A stretch of 64,000 nt of DNA from an uncultured Verrucomicrobia subdivision 3 bacterium (GCA_903858275.1 CAIOIC010000080.1:33063-97062), one strand, 5' to 3'; positions 25,586 through 35,331 are shown, counted from the stretch's first letter. Notes: generated from the letters alone by a model not told the origin. A program made the numbers and translations.

Positions 25586-27493
25586 TTATTTGGCGGGATT
25601 TACGCGGCTTGGGATGGTGGGTGATGATTCCTTCACCGGCACAAGTTCCAATTGGCGCAGGCGAAATAATTCTTCGCCAGCCACTTCTTTCGCCGCCACC
25701 CGGAATTCATAGCGGCCGGGCGCCAATGTTACACGGCCCAGCGGTTCGTTCACTTTGATGCCAATCTTGACCGGCTTGGTGAAGGTTTGCGCGCCAAGGG
25801 TGACGGTGTAAATCCCCGCCGCACCGGAGCTGCCGCGCTGGAGTTCTTTTCCGGCGTCACCTTCGATCACGCGATTGCGCTTCAAGTCCGTCGGCGCGTC
25901 ATAAACCAGCGTCGCCTCAAAGGTGGCCGCCTCGTTCAACCGCACGGGCCATACGACGGCGTCGCTCGTTTTCTTCCAGTTGGTGACCCAGGCGTCTCTG
26001 GTTTTGCCGGCACCATACTGTAATTGCCCCTCCAATTTTGCATCAAAGCTGCGAAGCGTATCCGTCGCAACTGCCGGCGAAAGCAACCGGGTTGAATCCG
26101 CCTGTGGCGCATCTGCGCAATCGAGCACGATCACGGAATTGTTTTTGTCCGGTGCCGTCAGCGGCAACCCCTCGATGCTCGCATCGAGCGGGTTCAAGCG
26201 AACAACTTTCAATTTTCGGTCAGTCCGGTTGGCCTTATCCGCCAACAGCCAGGCCGCCTTCACCCCGGTTTTCAATCCGCCCACGACCAGCTTTCCGTCC
26301 TGCGGCCACTCAAAAACATGAAGATAGATCGTGTTGCCCTTGCGAGTGGTTTCGCCCCAGGCCGGGACCGGCAAAGGTGTGCGCGTTGTGCCGCGAATGG
26401 ATTCGCTGTTCACCTGCCACCACTGGCCGATGCCTTGCAGAATAGCCACGTCCTTTGGGTCCACCGCCCCGGTTCCCATCGGGCCGATGTTCATAAGAGT
26501 ATTGCCTCCGCGCGCCGCCGCCTTGGCCAGCAGCCGGATGAAATGGCCTGGCGGTTTGTGCGAAAGGTCGTTCTGATTGTAGCCGTAGGATTCATTCGTG
26601 GTCGGGATGCCTTCCCAATCGCCGTCCTTCGGCGGAAATTCGGCGGGCTTGTCCGCCGTGTTGCGGTAATCCGTCAACGAGACTAGGTCGGCTGAAGCGT
26701 CGGAAAAAATGCGCCCGTTGATTACGATATTCGGATTCGCGTTCCGCACAGCGGCGAAGATGCGGAGATTTTCCTCTGGAGGAAGTTTGTGCGGCGTATC
26801 GAACCACAGAATGTCGGGATTGTAGTTGCGGATGAGTTCGAGTATCTGCGGAATGGATTTTTCGTCCACATACTTCCGCGCTTTGGGGAGGAACTCGGGA
26901 AAGGTTTTCCACCAATCCGCGCCGTGGAGCAACTTGTCGCCGCCGGGATTTTGAAATTCCCAGTCGTTGCCCGGCCCGTTCTCCTCGCCCCAATCAAAGG
27001 CGTGCGAATAGTAAAAACCAAATTTGACGCCGTATTTCTTGCAGGCCGCACGTAATTCCTTCATCGGGTCGCGCCGAAACGGTGTCGCCTTGACGATATT
27101 GTGGTCGCTGACCTTAGAATCAAACATCGCAAAGCCATCGTGGTGCTTGGCGGTGATGATGAAGTAACCCATGCCCGTTTGCTGCGCGAGGCGAATCCAT
27201 TCGTCGGCGTTGAATTCGGTCGGATTAAATTTGCCGGCCACCTCCTTGAGATAGACTGGAATAGGGATCTTGGCCATGCGCTGAATATGTTCGGCATAAC
27301 CACCGTATGCTTTGCCCTGCCATGTCCCGCCCAGCCCGGAACTGACGCCCCAATGCACAAACATCCCGAACCTCGCCTCGCGCCACCAGGCTATGCGGGC
27401 GTCGCGTTGTGCGGACGTTTCAATAGGGGCAGCCGAGGCGGAGCAACCGGCAAGCACCAGCAATGCACAGCATACTTTCAGTAATGAATTCAT
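25586..27493 (-). CDS. Alpha-L-fucosidase, GH29, secreted, with C-terminal beta-sandwich extension
   Basis: Signal peptide present. GH29 blocks are WWREARFGMFVHWG, YFIITAKHHDGFAMFDS and ILWFD. Confidence 0.85.
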   Translation of the reverse strand: MNSLLKVCCALLVLAGCSASAAPIETSAQRDARIAWWREARFGMFVHWGVSSGLGGTWQGKAYGGYAEHIQRMAKIPIPVYLKEVAGKFNPTEFNADEWIRLAQQTGMGYFIITAKHHDGFAMFDSKVSDHNIVKATPFRRDPMKELRAACKKYGVKFGFYYSHAFDWGEENGPGNDWEFQNPGGDKLLHGADWWKTFPEFLPKARKYVDEKSIPQILELIRNYNPDILWFDTPHKLPPEENLRIFAAVRNANPNIVINGRIFSDASADLVSLTDYRNTADKPAEFPPKDGDWEGIPTTNESYGYNQNDLSHKPPGHFIRLLAKAAARGGNTLMNIGPMGTGAVDPKDVAILQGIGQWWQVNSESIRGTTRTPLPVPAWGETTRKGNTIYLHVFEWPQDGKLVVGGLKTGVKAAWLLADKANRTDRKLKVVRLNPLDASIEGLPLTAPDKNNSVIVLDCADAPQADSTRLLSPAVATDTLRSFDAKLEGQLQYGAGKTRDAWVTNWKKTSDAVVWPVRLNEAATFEATLVYDAPTDLKRNRVIEGDAGKELQRGSSGAAGIYTVTLGAQTFTKPVKIGIKVNEPLGRVTLAPGRYEFRVAAKEVAGEELFRLRQLELVPVKESSPTIPSRVNPAK

Positions 27494-27516
27494 GCGGGTT
27501 TAGTCCCGGTTGAAAC

Positions 27517-29190
27517 TCATTTCTCAATGAGTTCGATGTCGTTGATGGTCGGACCGTCCGTGGCGTCGAGAATATTGAGGCGGAATTCCTGCGCTTTAAC
27601 CGGCTGGTCGAACTTCTTTTGAAATCCCCAGCCAATCTTCTGGCCGGGGAAAATAGTCTTCCATTCAGCGCCGTCGCGGTATTGAAACTCAAACTTCTGC
27701 ACGCGCTCGCCCATGGCTTCCTCGATGCGCACACGCTCGATGGTCAGCGGCTTGCCTAGATTGGCGCTGATCCACGCCTGCTTCGTGCCACTATCCGTAG
27801 CCCAGCGGGTGTGAGGGTCGTTGTCAAACGCCTGCTGAGGTCCGTATTGATCATTATTCTTTTGGAAGACGTTTGAGGCCGTGCCTTTGATTTCGGAAGC
27901 GAGAGAAATGGCGGGCAAATCCATCGCCGAGCCGTCCAATTCGAGTCGGAGGATGGTGTCAATGGGGTCAATCGCGGCTTTGTCGAACGCCAGCCGAAGC
28001 TTGCCGTCGCGTTGCTCGTATTTGACCGCGCCACCGACCAGCAGCGACACCTTCGCCACCTTGCGGGACAAGGCGGGCAATTCCACCGCGCCGTCATCCT
28101 CCCGCAGCAAATGCAAATACACAGTGCTGCCCTTGCGTGTGCTCGCTACGGCAGGTGTCGGTTTCCACGGGCCGCCGCGGGTGCCATAGATGCTTTCGCC
28201 GTTCTTCGCGAGCCATGCGCCCATTTCTTTCAACCGCTCCACCTGTCGCGCCTCGATGAGGCCATCCGCCGTCGGGCCGACGTTGAACAGCAGATTACCG
28301 TCGCCGCCGGCACAGGTGACGAGCGTCTGCAAACATTGCTTGAGCGACTTCATGTCGTCATCCGGCTTCCATGACCATTGCCGGCAGATGGTCATGCAGG
28401 TTTCCCACGGGCGGTCGCCTTGATACTTGCCCACGCGTTGCTCGGGGGTGTCGTAATCACCGCCGTCGCCGGTGCGGTTGTTGATGAGAATGTCCGGCTG
28501 AAGTTCGCGGACCATTTTAATGGTCGCAGCCCCGCGCCCTTTGAATTCCTGCGGCACGTCGTTCCAGATGGTGAGCAACGGACCGTAATTCGTGATGAGT
28601 TCGCGGATCTGCGCGAGCAGGAAACGCTGGTAGGAATCAATGTCCGACTTCTCGCGGCGAACCTTGCCGCCCGGACTGGTGAGCGGAAAATCCGGATGAT
28701 GCCAGTCGCAGGTGGAGTAATATGTCCCGAGCGCAATGCCCTGTCGCTTGCACGCGGCGGCGAGTTCCTTGAGCACGTCGCGCTTGAATGGCGTGTTCAT
28801 GATGTTGTAGTCGGTCAGCTTCGTGTCCCAGAGGCAGAAGCCGTCATGGTGTTTCGTTGTCAGCACGATGTATTTCATGCCAGCGGCCTTGGCGACGCTC
28901 ACCCACTCGTCGGCGTTGTAGTTCGCCGGGTTGAATTGCTTGTAGAGGTTGTCATAAACCTCGATCGGGGTTTCCTTGCCGCGGGACCAGCCAATCTCCT
29001 TGCCTGTGATACTCACCGGCCCCCAGTGGATGAACATGCCGAAACGCATATCCTGCCAGCGCGCCACAGCCGCCGGGTCTGCCTTGGGCCAGGCTGGAGC
29101 GGCAGTGGCGTTGGTGGATTGAGCTCGGATCGCGCTGGTTGATAATGTCAGCGCACAAGCAAGCAGGCCGTTGCAAAAGGAATTTTTCAT
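27517..29190 (-). CDS. Alpha-L-fucosidase, GH29, secreted, with C-terminal F5/8 type C (discoidin) domain
   Basis: GH29 blocks are WQDMRFGMFIHWGP and YIVLTTKHHDGFCLWDT. The C-terminal AFDNDPHTRWAT...INDIEL is discoidin-like. Confidence 0.85.
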   Translation of the reverse strand: MKNSFCNGLLACALTLSTSAIRAQSTNATAAPAWPKADPAAVARWQDMRFGMFIHWGPVSITGKEIGWSRGKETPIEVYDNLYKQFNPANYNADEWVSVAKAAGMKYIVLTTKHHDGFCLWDTKLTDYNIMNTPFKRDVLKELAAACKRQGIALGTYYSTCDWHHPDFPLTSPGGKVRREKSDIDSYQRFLLAQIRELITNYGPLLTIWNDVPQEFKGRGAATIKMVRELQPDILINNRTGDGGDYDTPEQRVGKYQGDRPWETCMTICRQWSWKPDDDMKSLKQCLQTLVTCAGGDGNLLFNVGPTADGLIEARQVERLKEMGAWLAKNGESIYGTRGGPWKPTPAVASTRKGSTVYLHLLREDDGAVELPALSRKVAKVSLLVGGAVKYEQRDGKLRLAFDKAAIDPIDTILRLELDGSAMDLPAISLASEIKGTASNVFQKNNDQYGPQQAFDNDPHTRWATDSGTKQAWISANLGKPLTIERVRIEEAMGERVQKFEFQYRDGAEWKTIFPGQKIGWGFQKKFDQPVKAQEFRLNILDATDGPTINDIELIEK

Positions 29191-29265
29191 TGGATGAGCC
29201 TAGAGCATGCCGAAGTTGGTGAGCCCGGTCTTGCAAATTCATTCAGCGAAGGATATTGAACACCC

Positions 29266-30279
29266 ATGCCAGCGTCCGTCGCACCCATTTATAAAACCCA
29301 GAAATCACGGTTTGAGGTTGACTCCTGCGCGCCGCAGTCGGCCGCCGTGCGCGGCGGCAAGATTCAAATGCACGCGCTTTCAAAGGGCCATTATCCCGGT
29401 GTTTTATTGCAGCCCGACCAGTTGCCCGGCATCGCCAGCATCGGTTATTGGAATGGCGCTAGCGCCCAGGACTGGGGGCTGGAGGCCCATCGCAATGAAG
29501 GCATTGAAATTACTTTCCTCGAAACCGGCGCGATGGCTTTCGCCGTCGAAGCGAAGAAATTTGAACTTCGCTCCGGTCATTTCACCATCACGCGTCCCTG
29601 GCAGTTGCACCGGCTTGGCGCCCCCAACATCGGACCGGGAAGGCTGCACTGGCTCATTTTGGATGTGGGGGTGCGTCGACCAAATCAAAACTGGTGCTGG
29701 CCGGACTGGGTGACGCTGACCAATCATGATCGGATGGAACTGACTCACAAGCTGCGGCACAACGAAAATCCAGTCTGGAATTCCTCGCCGGAAATCTGCG
29801 CCGCTTTTCGCGGCCTGTCCGACGGAGTGGGCAGATGGCCGCAGCCGCACATGGAATCGCGAATGCTGGTATTGTTGAACCAGCTTTTGCTGGGCATCCT
29901 GACGGCACTCACCGCCCAGCAGCAACACCAGAATCCGGAACTGACCTCCCGGCGGCGCACCGTGGAACTTTTCCTACGCGATCTTTCAGAAAACGCCGCC
30001 AGTACCCGCGAGCCTTGGACGCTGGACAAAATGGCTGGTCATTGCGGCATGGGCATCACGGCCTTCTCAAAATATTGCCGCGAACTGGTGAACAATGGCC
30101 CGGTTGAATATCTGAATCAATGCCGCCTAAACCGGGCCGCCAGCCAGCTGAAGAAAAACACGGTTCAGTCCGTGACCGAAATTGCGTTCCAAAACGGCTT
30201 CAACTCCAGCCAGTATTTTGCCACTGTCTTTGCCAAACGCTTTGGGGTCACTCCGACGGGTTATCGTTCAAAATGCTAA
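29266..30279 (+). CDS. AraC family transcriptional regulator (cupin-like N-domain)
   Basis: C-terminal HTH pair (ITAFSKYCRELVN ... VTEIAFQNGFNSSQYFATVF). It is divergent from the fucosidase operon. Its 3' end overlaps the convergent methyltransferase gene by 4 nt. Confidence 0.85.
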   Translation: MPASVAPIYKTQKSRFEVDSCAPQSAAVRGGKIQMHALSKGHYPGVLLQPDQLPGIASIGYWNGASAQDWGLEAHRNEGIEITFLETGAMAFAVEAKKFELRSGHFTITRPWQLHRLGAPNIGPGRLHWLILDVGVRRPNQNWCWPDWVTLTNHDRMELTHKLRHNENPVWNSSPEICAAFRGLSDGVGRWPQPHMESRMLVLLNQLLLGILTALTAQQQHQNPELTSRRRTVELFLRDLSENAASTREPWTLDKMAGHCGMGITAFSKYCRELVNNGPVEYLNQCRLNRAASQLKKNTVQSVTEIAFQNGFNSSQYFATVFAKRFGVTPTGYRSKC

Positions 30280-31184
30280 ACCGGCGCTTTGATGTTTTTG
30301 ACCGCACGGCTCATGGCGGTGAGCAGGGCGGGCGTGGTGCCGCAGCAACCGCCGATGATGCGCACGCCAGCGGCGAGCAGGCGCGTGGCCGTGGCGGCCA
30401 TTTCTTCCGGTGTGGCTTTGTAGATCGTTTTGCCATTTTCCATGTGCGGTGAACCGGCGTTGGGCTGCACGATCACCGGCGTCTTGCCGGCGGCGGCAAC
30501 GAGTTGTCCGGCCAGTTTTACATAATCGTCCAGGCTCAAGTCCGTGCCGCAATTGGTGCCGACAATGTCGGCCCCGGCGGCGATGGCGCGGCGCATGGCG
30601 TCGGCGGCGTTGGTGCCCATCATCGTGCGGAATTCGTCGCCAGTTTTCTGAAAGGAGTAGGTGACGATGACTGGGATTTTGGGGTTGCAAGCCTTGGCCG
30701 CTTCCACCCCCACGATGGCCTCGGCGGGGTCGCTCATGGTTTCCACGAGGATGGCATCCGCGCCGCCTTCAAGTAGCGCGGCAATTTGCATCTGAAACGC
30801 CTCGCGCAATTCATCCGCCGTGACATCGCCAACGGGCTCGAGAAAATCGCCGAATGGTCCGACGTCACCGAGCACCCATCCGTGGTCACCGGCGGCGGCT
30901 CTCGCCACGCGGGCGGCGGCTCGGTTTAGTTCCGCCACCCGAGCTTCCAAGCCATGCAGTGTGAGCGCAAACCGTGTGCCGCCAAAAGAATTGGTGGTGA
31001 TGAGGTCGCAGCCGGCGTTGCGGTAGGCGAGGTGAATGCCGCCGACATCGCCGGGGCGGTCGAGGTTCCAGGTCATGCCGCATGCGCCGCTGACGAGGCC
31101 ACGGGCCATGAGTTGCGTGCCCATGGCGCCGTCGCAGACGAGCGGACGCTTGACGAGTTCTTCGAGCAGTGGGGTTTTGTTCAT
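30276..31184 (-). CDS. Stand-alone homocysteine S-methyltransferase domain protein (MetH Hcy-binding-domain-like)
   Basis: 302 aa. LVCDGAMGTQL, GTNCGT and the C-terminal IIGGCCGTTP match the zinc-thiolate Hcy-binding domain of MetH/BHMT-type enzymes. Confidence 0.8.
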   Translation of the reverse strand: MNKTPLLEELVKRPLVCDGAMGTQLMARGLVSGACGMTWNLDRPGDVGGIHLAYRNAGCDLITTNSFGGTRFALTLHGLEARVAELNRAAARVARAAAGDHGWVLGDVGPFGDFLEPVGDVTADELREAFQMQIAALLEGGADAILVETMSDPAEAIVGVEAAKACNPKIPVIVTYSFQKTGDEFRTMMGTNAADAMRRAIAAGADIVGTNCGTDLSLDDYVKLAGQLVAAAGKTPVIVQPNAGSPHMENGKTIYKATPEEMAATATRLLAAGVRIIGGCCGTTPALLTAMSRAVKNIKAPV

Positions 31185-31196
31185 GAGTTTTGTGGT

Positions 31197-32033
31197 TTAG
31201 TCGAAAATCACGGTGCGATTCCCGCAGAGGAAAACGCGGTCTTCAAACACCATTCGCAGCGCGCGGGCGAGCACCATTTGCTCCACATCGTGTCCGGCCT
31301 GCGAAAGATCCTGCGCGGTGTGCGTGTGATCCACCGGGATGACTTGCTGGACGATGATGGGGCCTTCATCCAGTTTCTCGGTGACGTAATGCGCGGTGGC
31401 GCCGATGACTTTGACGCCGCGATCAAACGCCTGTTGATAGGGCTTCGCGCCGATGAACGCCGGCAAAAAGGAGTGGTGAATGTTGATGATGCGCGCCGGA
31501 AAACGGCGGACAAATTCCGGCGTGAGCACGCGCATGTATTTCGCCAGCACGATATAATCCGGCTGAAGCGATTCGATGGTTTTTAGCAATTGCGCTTCAT
31601 GTGCCTCGCGGGTGAGGGATTCGTGGTTGATGAAATGAAACGGCAGGTCAAACCGGGTGACGAGCGTTTTCAGCACGGTGTGATTGCTGATAACGCCGAG
31701 CATTTGCGCGTTCAGTTCGCTGAAGGCATGGCGGATGAGGATGTCGCCCAGGCAATGATGCTCCTTGGAGGCAAGCACCACGATGCGTTTCGGTTTCAGA
31801 TTGGAAAGGCGGATGTTGGCGGTGGCGGGCAGGACCGCGCGAAGCTCGGCTTCGAGTTGTCCGGCCTTCACGGCGCCGTCAAATTCCGTGCGCATGAAAA
31901 AGCGCGCCGGGCCGCGATCCACAAATTCCTGGTTGCCGACGACGTTGACGCCGTGTTTGAGCAGCACGCCGGTGATGGTGTGAACGAGGCCGCGGCGGTC
32001 CTCGCATTCCACGAGCAGGACTTGGGTGCTCAT
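31197..32033 (-). CDS. purU: Formyltetrahydrofolate deformylase
   Basis: 278 aa. An N-terminal ACT-like domain (LLVECEDRRGLVHTITGVL) is followed by a formyltransferase domain (YIVLAKYMRVL, IINIHHSFLPAF.GA.PY.QA). Confidence 0.85.
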   Translation of the reverse strand: MSTQVLLVECEDRRGLVHTITGVLLKHGVNVVGNQEFVDRGPARFFMRTEFDGAVKAGQLEAELRAVLPATANIRLSNLKPKRIVVLASKEHHCLGDILIRHAFSELNAQMLGVISNHTVLKTLVTRFDLPFHFINHESLTREAHEAQLLKTIESLQPDYIVLAKYMRVLTPEFVRRFPARIINIHHSFLPAFIGAKPYQQAFDRGVKVIGATAHYVTEKLDEGPIIVQQVIPVDHTHTAQDLSQAGHDVEQMVLARALRMVFEDRVFLCGNRTVIFD

Positions 32034-32186
32034 TGAGCTCCTCCGGAATTATTTTGGTTGAGGGAAATATTGTGGCGCATGTCTTTGAAGTTTCTACTCC
32101 TTGCCGCGTTGGGAAGCAATACCGTATGCGCCGAAAGCACCAAAGCACCAAAGAATCATCCCAGAATACAAGACCCTTCCGGTCTG

Positions 32187-32843
32187 ATGCGTTATGTTCA
32201 TGGCGCTATGAATATCGACCATCCCCTGACTCAAGCCATCATTGCCGGCCGCCGCAAAGACGTGCCGCAACTCGTGCAGCAATGCCTCGATGCCGGCGAA
32301 ACCGCCGGATCCATTGTGGAAAACCGTCTCGTGCCCGGCATGGCCGTCGTCGGCGAGAAGTTCAAGCGCAATGAAATATTCGTTCCGGAAATGCTCATTG
32401 CCGCCCGCGCCATGAAAGAGGCGTTGAAAATTCTGGAACCCAAGCTCGTGGCCGCCGGCATCAAGCCGGAGCATAACGCCGTGATCGGCACCGTCGAGGG
32501 CGATTTGCACGACATCGGCAAAAACCTGGTCGCCATGATGTGGAAGGGCGCCAACATCGAAGTGATTGACCTTGGGGTGAATGTTCCGGTGGCGAAATTT
32601 GTGGAAGCCGTCCGCCAGCACAAGCCCAAGCTGGTCGGCCTGTCGGCATTGCTCACCACGACGATGCCCGCCATGCGCGATACCGTCAAAGCCATCCGCG
32701 AAGCGGGGCTGCCGGTGAAAATTGTCGTCGGCGGCGCGCCGATCACGCTGGAATATGCCCGGGAAATCGGTGCGGATGGTTATTCACCGGACGCCGGCAG
32801 CGCGGTGGATGCCGCCATGGCGCTGGTGCAGTGCAAGGCTTGA
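32187..32843 (+). CDS. Corrinoid (cobalamin-binding) protein, MtaC/MtbC-like
   Basis: B12-binding motifs DLHDIGKN (DxHxxG), GLSALL (SxL) and VVGGAPIT (GG), preceded by a helical cap domain. The start is ambiguous: ATG at 32187 or 32208 gives the usual length of about 210 aa, while the ORF track begins at TTG 32058. Confidence 0.85.
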   Translation: MRYVHGAMNIDHPLTQAIIAGRRKDVPQLVQQCLDAGETAGSIVENRLVPGMAVVGEKFKRNEIFVPEMLIAARAMKEALKILEPKLVAAGIKPEHNAVIGTVEGDLHDIGKNLVAMMWKGANIEVIDLGVNVPVAKFVEAVRQHKPKLVGLSALLTTTMPAMRDTVKAIREAGLPVKIVVGGAPITLEYAREIGADGYSPDAGSAVDAAMALVQCKA

Positions 32844-32861
32844 GAGAATTGATTAGCTGAC

Positions 32862-33893
32862 ATGGATCGCCAATTTTACCTCGACCTGGCCGCATCCGGG
32901 TTAAGCATGCCCATCGGCACGCATCTGGTGCTGCACGAACATTCGGACCATGCGGCTATTGTGCAGGATGGCCAGCGTCTGGGTCGGGTGGTGGAAGAAT
33001 CAGCCCGTCGTTTCCGGATGCCCATGGCGTTCCCGCTCATGGATCTGAAGCTGGAAAAAGAAGCGCTCTTGCTCGCGCGCGGCGTTCCGGCGGCGGCGGT
33101 GGACAGCTACCATTTTTCTGAAATTCCAGAGAATGATGGCGAGTTCCGGCTTACAAAAAACATGGAAGCGGTGTGCGAGGCGATTCGTTATATCGCCAAC
33201 GAAACGGATTTGATTCCGGTCGGCATGGGCATCGGGCCGTTCTCGCTGATGACCAAACTGATTTCCGACCCCATCGCGCCGGTGTTCATGGCCGGAACGG
33301 GAGCCACCGGCGGAGACGAACCTGAAGTGGCCTTGGTGGAACGGCTGCTGGAACTAGGCTTTGCGACGATTAAAAACTATCTCGACGCCCAGATCGAGGC
33401 GGGTGCCAAAGCCATCATTCTGTGCGAACCGGCGGCCAATAAAGTGTATTTCTCGCCCAACCAACTCGCCGAGAATTACGATATTTTCGACCGCTATGTG
33501 ATGCGATTCAACCTGGCCATTCGCGAACAACTTCGTTTTCGCGGGGTGGATCTGATCTTTCACGATTGCGGTGAATTGCTCGATGGGATGGTGCACCGGT
33601 TTGCCACGCTGGATCCCGCCATGATCAGTTTGGGCAGTTCCCGGTTGCTCTGGGAGGATGCCAGGCTGCTGCCCAAGTCCACGGTGCTTTATGGAAACCT
33701 GCCGACGAAACAATTTTACTCCGATACCTTGGTGAGCGTCGAAAAGGTGCGGCAGCTTTCCGCCGACCTCACCCGCCGGATGCGCGCGGTCGGACATCCA
33801 TTCATCTTGGGCAGCGAATGCGACATCTTAAGCGTTCCCGGCAGCGAACAGACCATCAAAGCCAAGGTGGAAGCATTTTTGCAAACCAACTGA
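32862..33893 (+). CDS. MtaA/CmuA-type methyltransferase (URO-D fold, short class)
   Basis: 343 aa, with QIEAGAKAIILCEPAA, FHDCG and LGSECD (H-x-C...C pattern). It sits between the corrinoid protein gene and the mtaB-like gene. Confidence 0.7.
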   Translation: MDRQFYLDLAASGLSMPIGTHLVLHEHSDHAAIVQDGQRLGRVVEESARRFRMPMAFPLMDLKLEKEALLLARGVPAAAVDSYHFSEIPENDGEFRLTKNMEAVCEAIRYIANETDLIPVGMGIGPFSLMTKLISDPIAPVFMAGTGATGGDEPEVALVERLLELGFATIKNYLDAQIEAGAKAIILCEPAANKVYFSPNQLAENYDIFDRYVMRFNLAIREQLRFRGVDLIFHDCGELLDGMVHRFATLDPAMISLGSSRLLWEDARLLPKSTVLYGNLPTKQFYSDTLVSVEKVRQLSADLTRRMRAVGHPFILGSECDILSVPGSEQTIKAKVEAFLQTN

Positions 33894-33902
33894 CCGAATA
33901 TT

Positions 33903-35285
33903 ATGATGCACTATAAATCTCTCGCCATTTCCGACCCGTTGGAACTAACGTTCGGCCTCGCGCCCAAACCCGTGACTACAAAAAGTGGCATGGTGATTGG
34001 CGGTGGCACGGTCTATCCCGAACTGAATTTCACGCTGCCGCCAATGACGATTGACGCCGGCACAATGCCGGAGGTGCGGCGTAACTATGAGCAGATCATC
34101 GAAGGTGCGCTTCGCCGCGCGGCGGATCTGGAAGCGCCCGGTGTGGTCATCGAGTTTGAGACGCTGCCGCCGATGACCGAGCATCCGCAGTGGGGTTTGG
34201 ACATCGCGAAGATTTTGCTGGAAGGAATGCAGCGTGAGAAAGATCGCAGCGGCCTGAAAAGCGTGCTGCGCATGACGCCCAACGACAATCGCGAGTTCGA
34301 GCGTCCGCCGCTGATGCGGCGGGGTCGTTACTGGGAGGCGATGCTGGAATTGTTTGAAGGTTCCGCGGCGGCAGGTGCGGAGTTGTTGAGCATTGAATCC
34401 GTCGGCGGCAAGGAATTGCACGACGAGGCGCTGGTCAACGGCGACTTGCCCGCGAGCATTTTTTCGCTCTGCATCCTGGGCGAACGTGATATGCGTTTTC
34501 TGTGGACGCATCTCCAGAAGATTGCCGACCGGCATGGCGTGAAATGCGCCGGCGACACCGCCTGCGGCTTCGGCAACACCGCGATGGTTCTGGCGGAACA
34601 GAAAATGATTCCACGCGTGTTTGCCGCCGTGGTGCGTGCGGTCACTGCGGTGCGATCGCTCGTTGCTTATGAGTGCGGCGCAGTCGGGCCGGGCAAGGAT
34701 TGCGGCTACGAGAACCCCATTCTCAAGGCCATCACCGGTTTTCCGATGGCGATGGAAGGCAAGACTTCGGCTTGCGCGCACTTGAGCCCGATGGGCAATC
34801 TTGCCGCCGCTTGCTGCGATACCTGGTCCAACGAATCTGTCCAAAACATCAAGCTGCTCGGCGGCATGGCCCCGACGTGTTACATGGAGCAGCTCGCCTA
34901 TGACTGTCGTCTGATGAATACGGCTCGCAGTCACGGCAAGGCTTCCGCTCAACAGCTTCAGCGCTGGCTGGTTGAGTCCGACGTGGCGACCGATCCTCAG
35001 GCGTTTATTATTTCGCCCGAATCTTCCGTCGCACTGGCAAAAACCATTGTGGCTTGCGATTCACATTATCACGCTGGCGTGGCGGCGGCGCGCAAAGCGG
35101 TGGAACTGCTGCGTAATGCACATGACCAGGGGAAAGTGCGAATTGCGCCCAACGAAGTCATCTGGTTCGACACCTTGCAAGACGCGCTGGATGAATTGCC
35201 GGAAAGTGAATCGGAATTCATCGGTCAGCAACTCGCGTTGGCGGACCGTTCCAAGTTTTTACCGGCGGAATACGGTTTGGAATGA
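33903..35285 (+). CDS. mtaB: MtaB-like methanol:corrinoid methyltransferase homologue
   Basis: 460 aa, the same length class as Methanosarcina MtaB. Long runs align from memory with M. barkeri MtaB: SLVAYECGAVGPGKDCGYENPILKAITGFPMAMEGKTSACAH and CCDTWSNESV. The segments carrying the Glu/Cys/Cys zinc ligands are present (SIESVGGKE, GDTACGFGN, GKDCGYEN). Confidence 0.8.
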   Translation: MMHYKSLAISDPLELTFGLAPKPVTTKSGMVIGGGTVYPELNFTLPPMTIDAGTMPEVRRNYEQIIEGALRRAADLEAPGVVIEFETLPPMTEHPQWGLDIAKILLEGMQREKDRSGLKSVLRMTPNDNREFERPPLMRRGRYWEAMLELFEGSAAAGAELLSIESVGGKELHDEALVNGDLPASIFSLCILGERDMRFLWTHLQKIADRHGVKCAGDTACGFGNTAMVLAEQKMIPRVFAAVVRAVTAVRSLVAYECGAVGPGKDCGYENPILKAITGFPMAMEGKTSACAHLSPMGNLAAACCDTWSNESVQNIKLLGGMAPTCYMEQLAYDCRLMNTARSHGKASAQQLQRWLVESDVATDPQAFIISPESSVALAKTIVACDSHYHAGVAAARKAVELLRNAHDQGKVRIAPNEVIWFDTLQDALDELPESESEFIGQQLALADRSKFLPAEYGLE

Positions 35286-35331
35286 TAATTTGACGGTCAA
35301 TTATTTGATTTATGATAGTTAGATTCATTTT

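Noticed and set aside
19123-25712. Several long alternative-frame or antisense ORFs (19123..20133 -, 21050..22126 +, 22210..23526 +, 24579..25712 +; also 33945..34952 - and 3189..4151 - elsewhere).
   Set aside because: Each one overlaps a gene with clear family motifs on the other strand or frame. Their translations are rich in R, G, A, P and H and lack motifs.
32034-32186. Possible cobalamin riboswitch upstream of the corrinoid protein gene (GAGGGAAAT... caught my eye).
   Set aside because: I could not find the conserved B12-box or CCCGCCACTG-type core, or the paired GGTG...CC elements. The resemblance is limited to a short AGGGAA string. A covariance-model scan (cobalamin riboswitch model) would settle the question.
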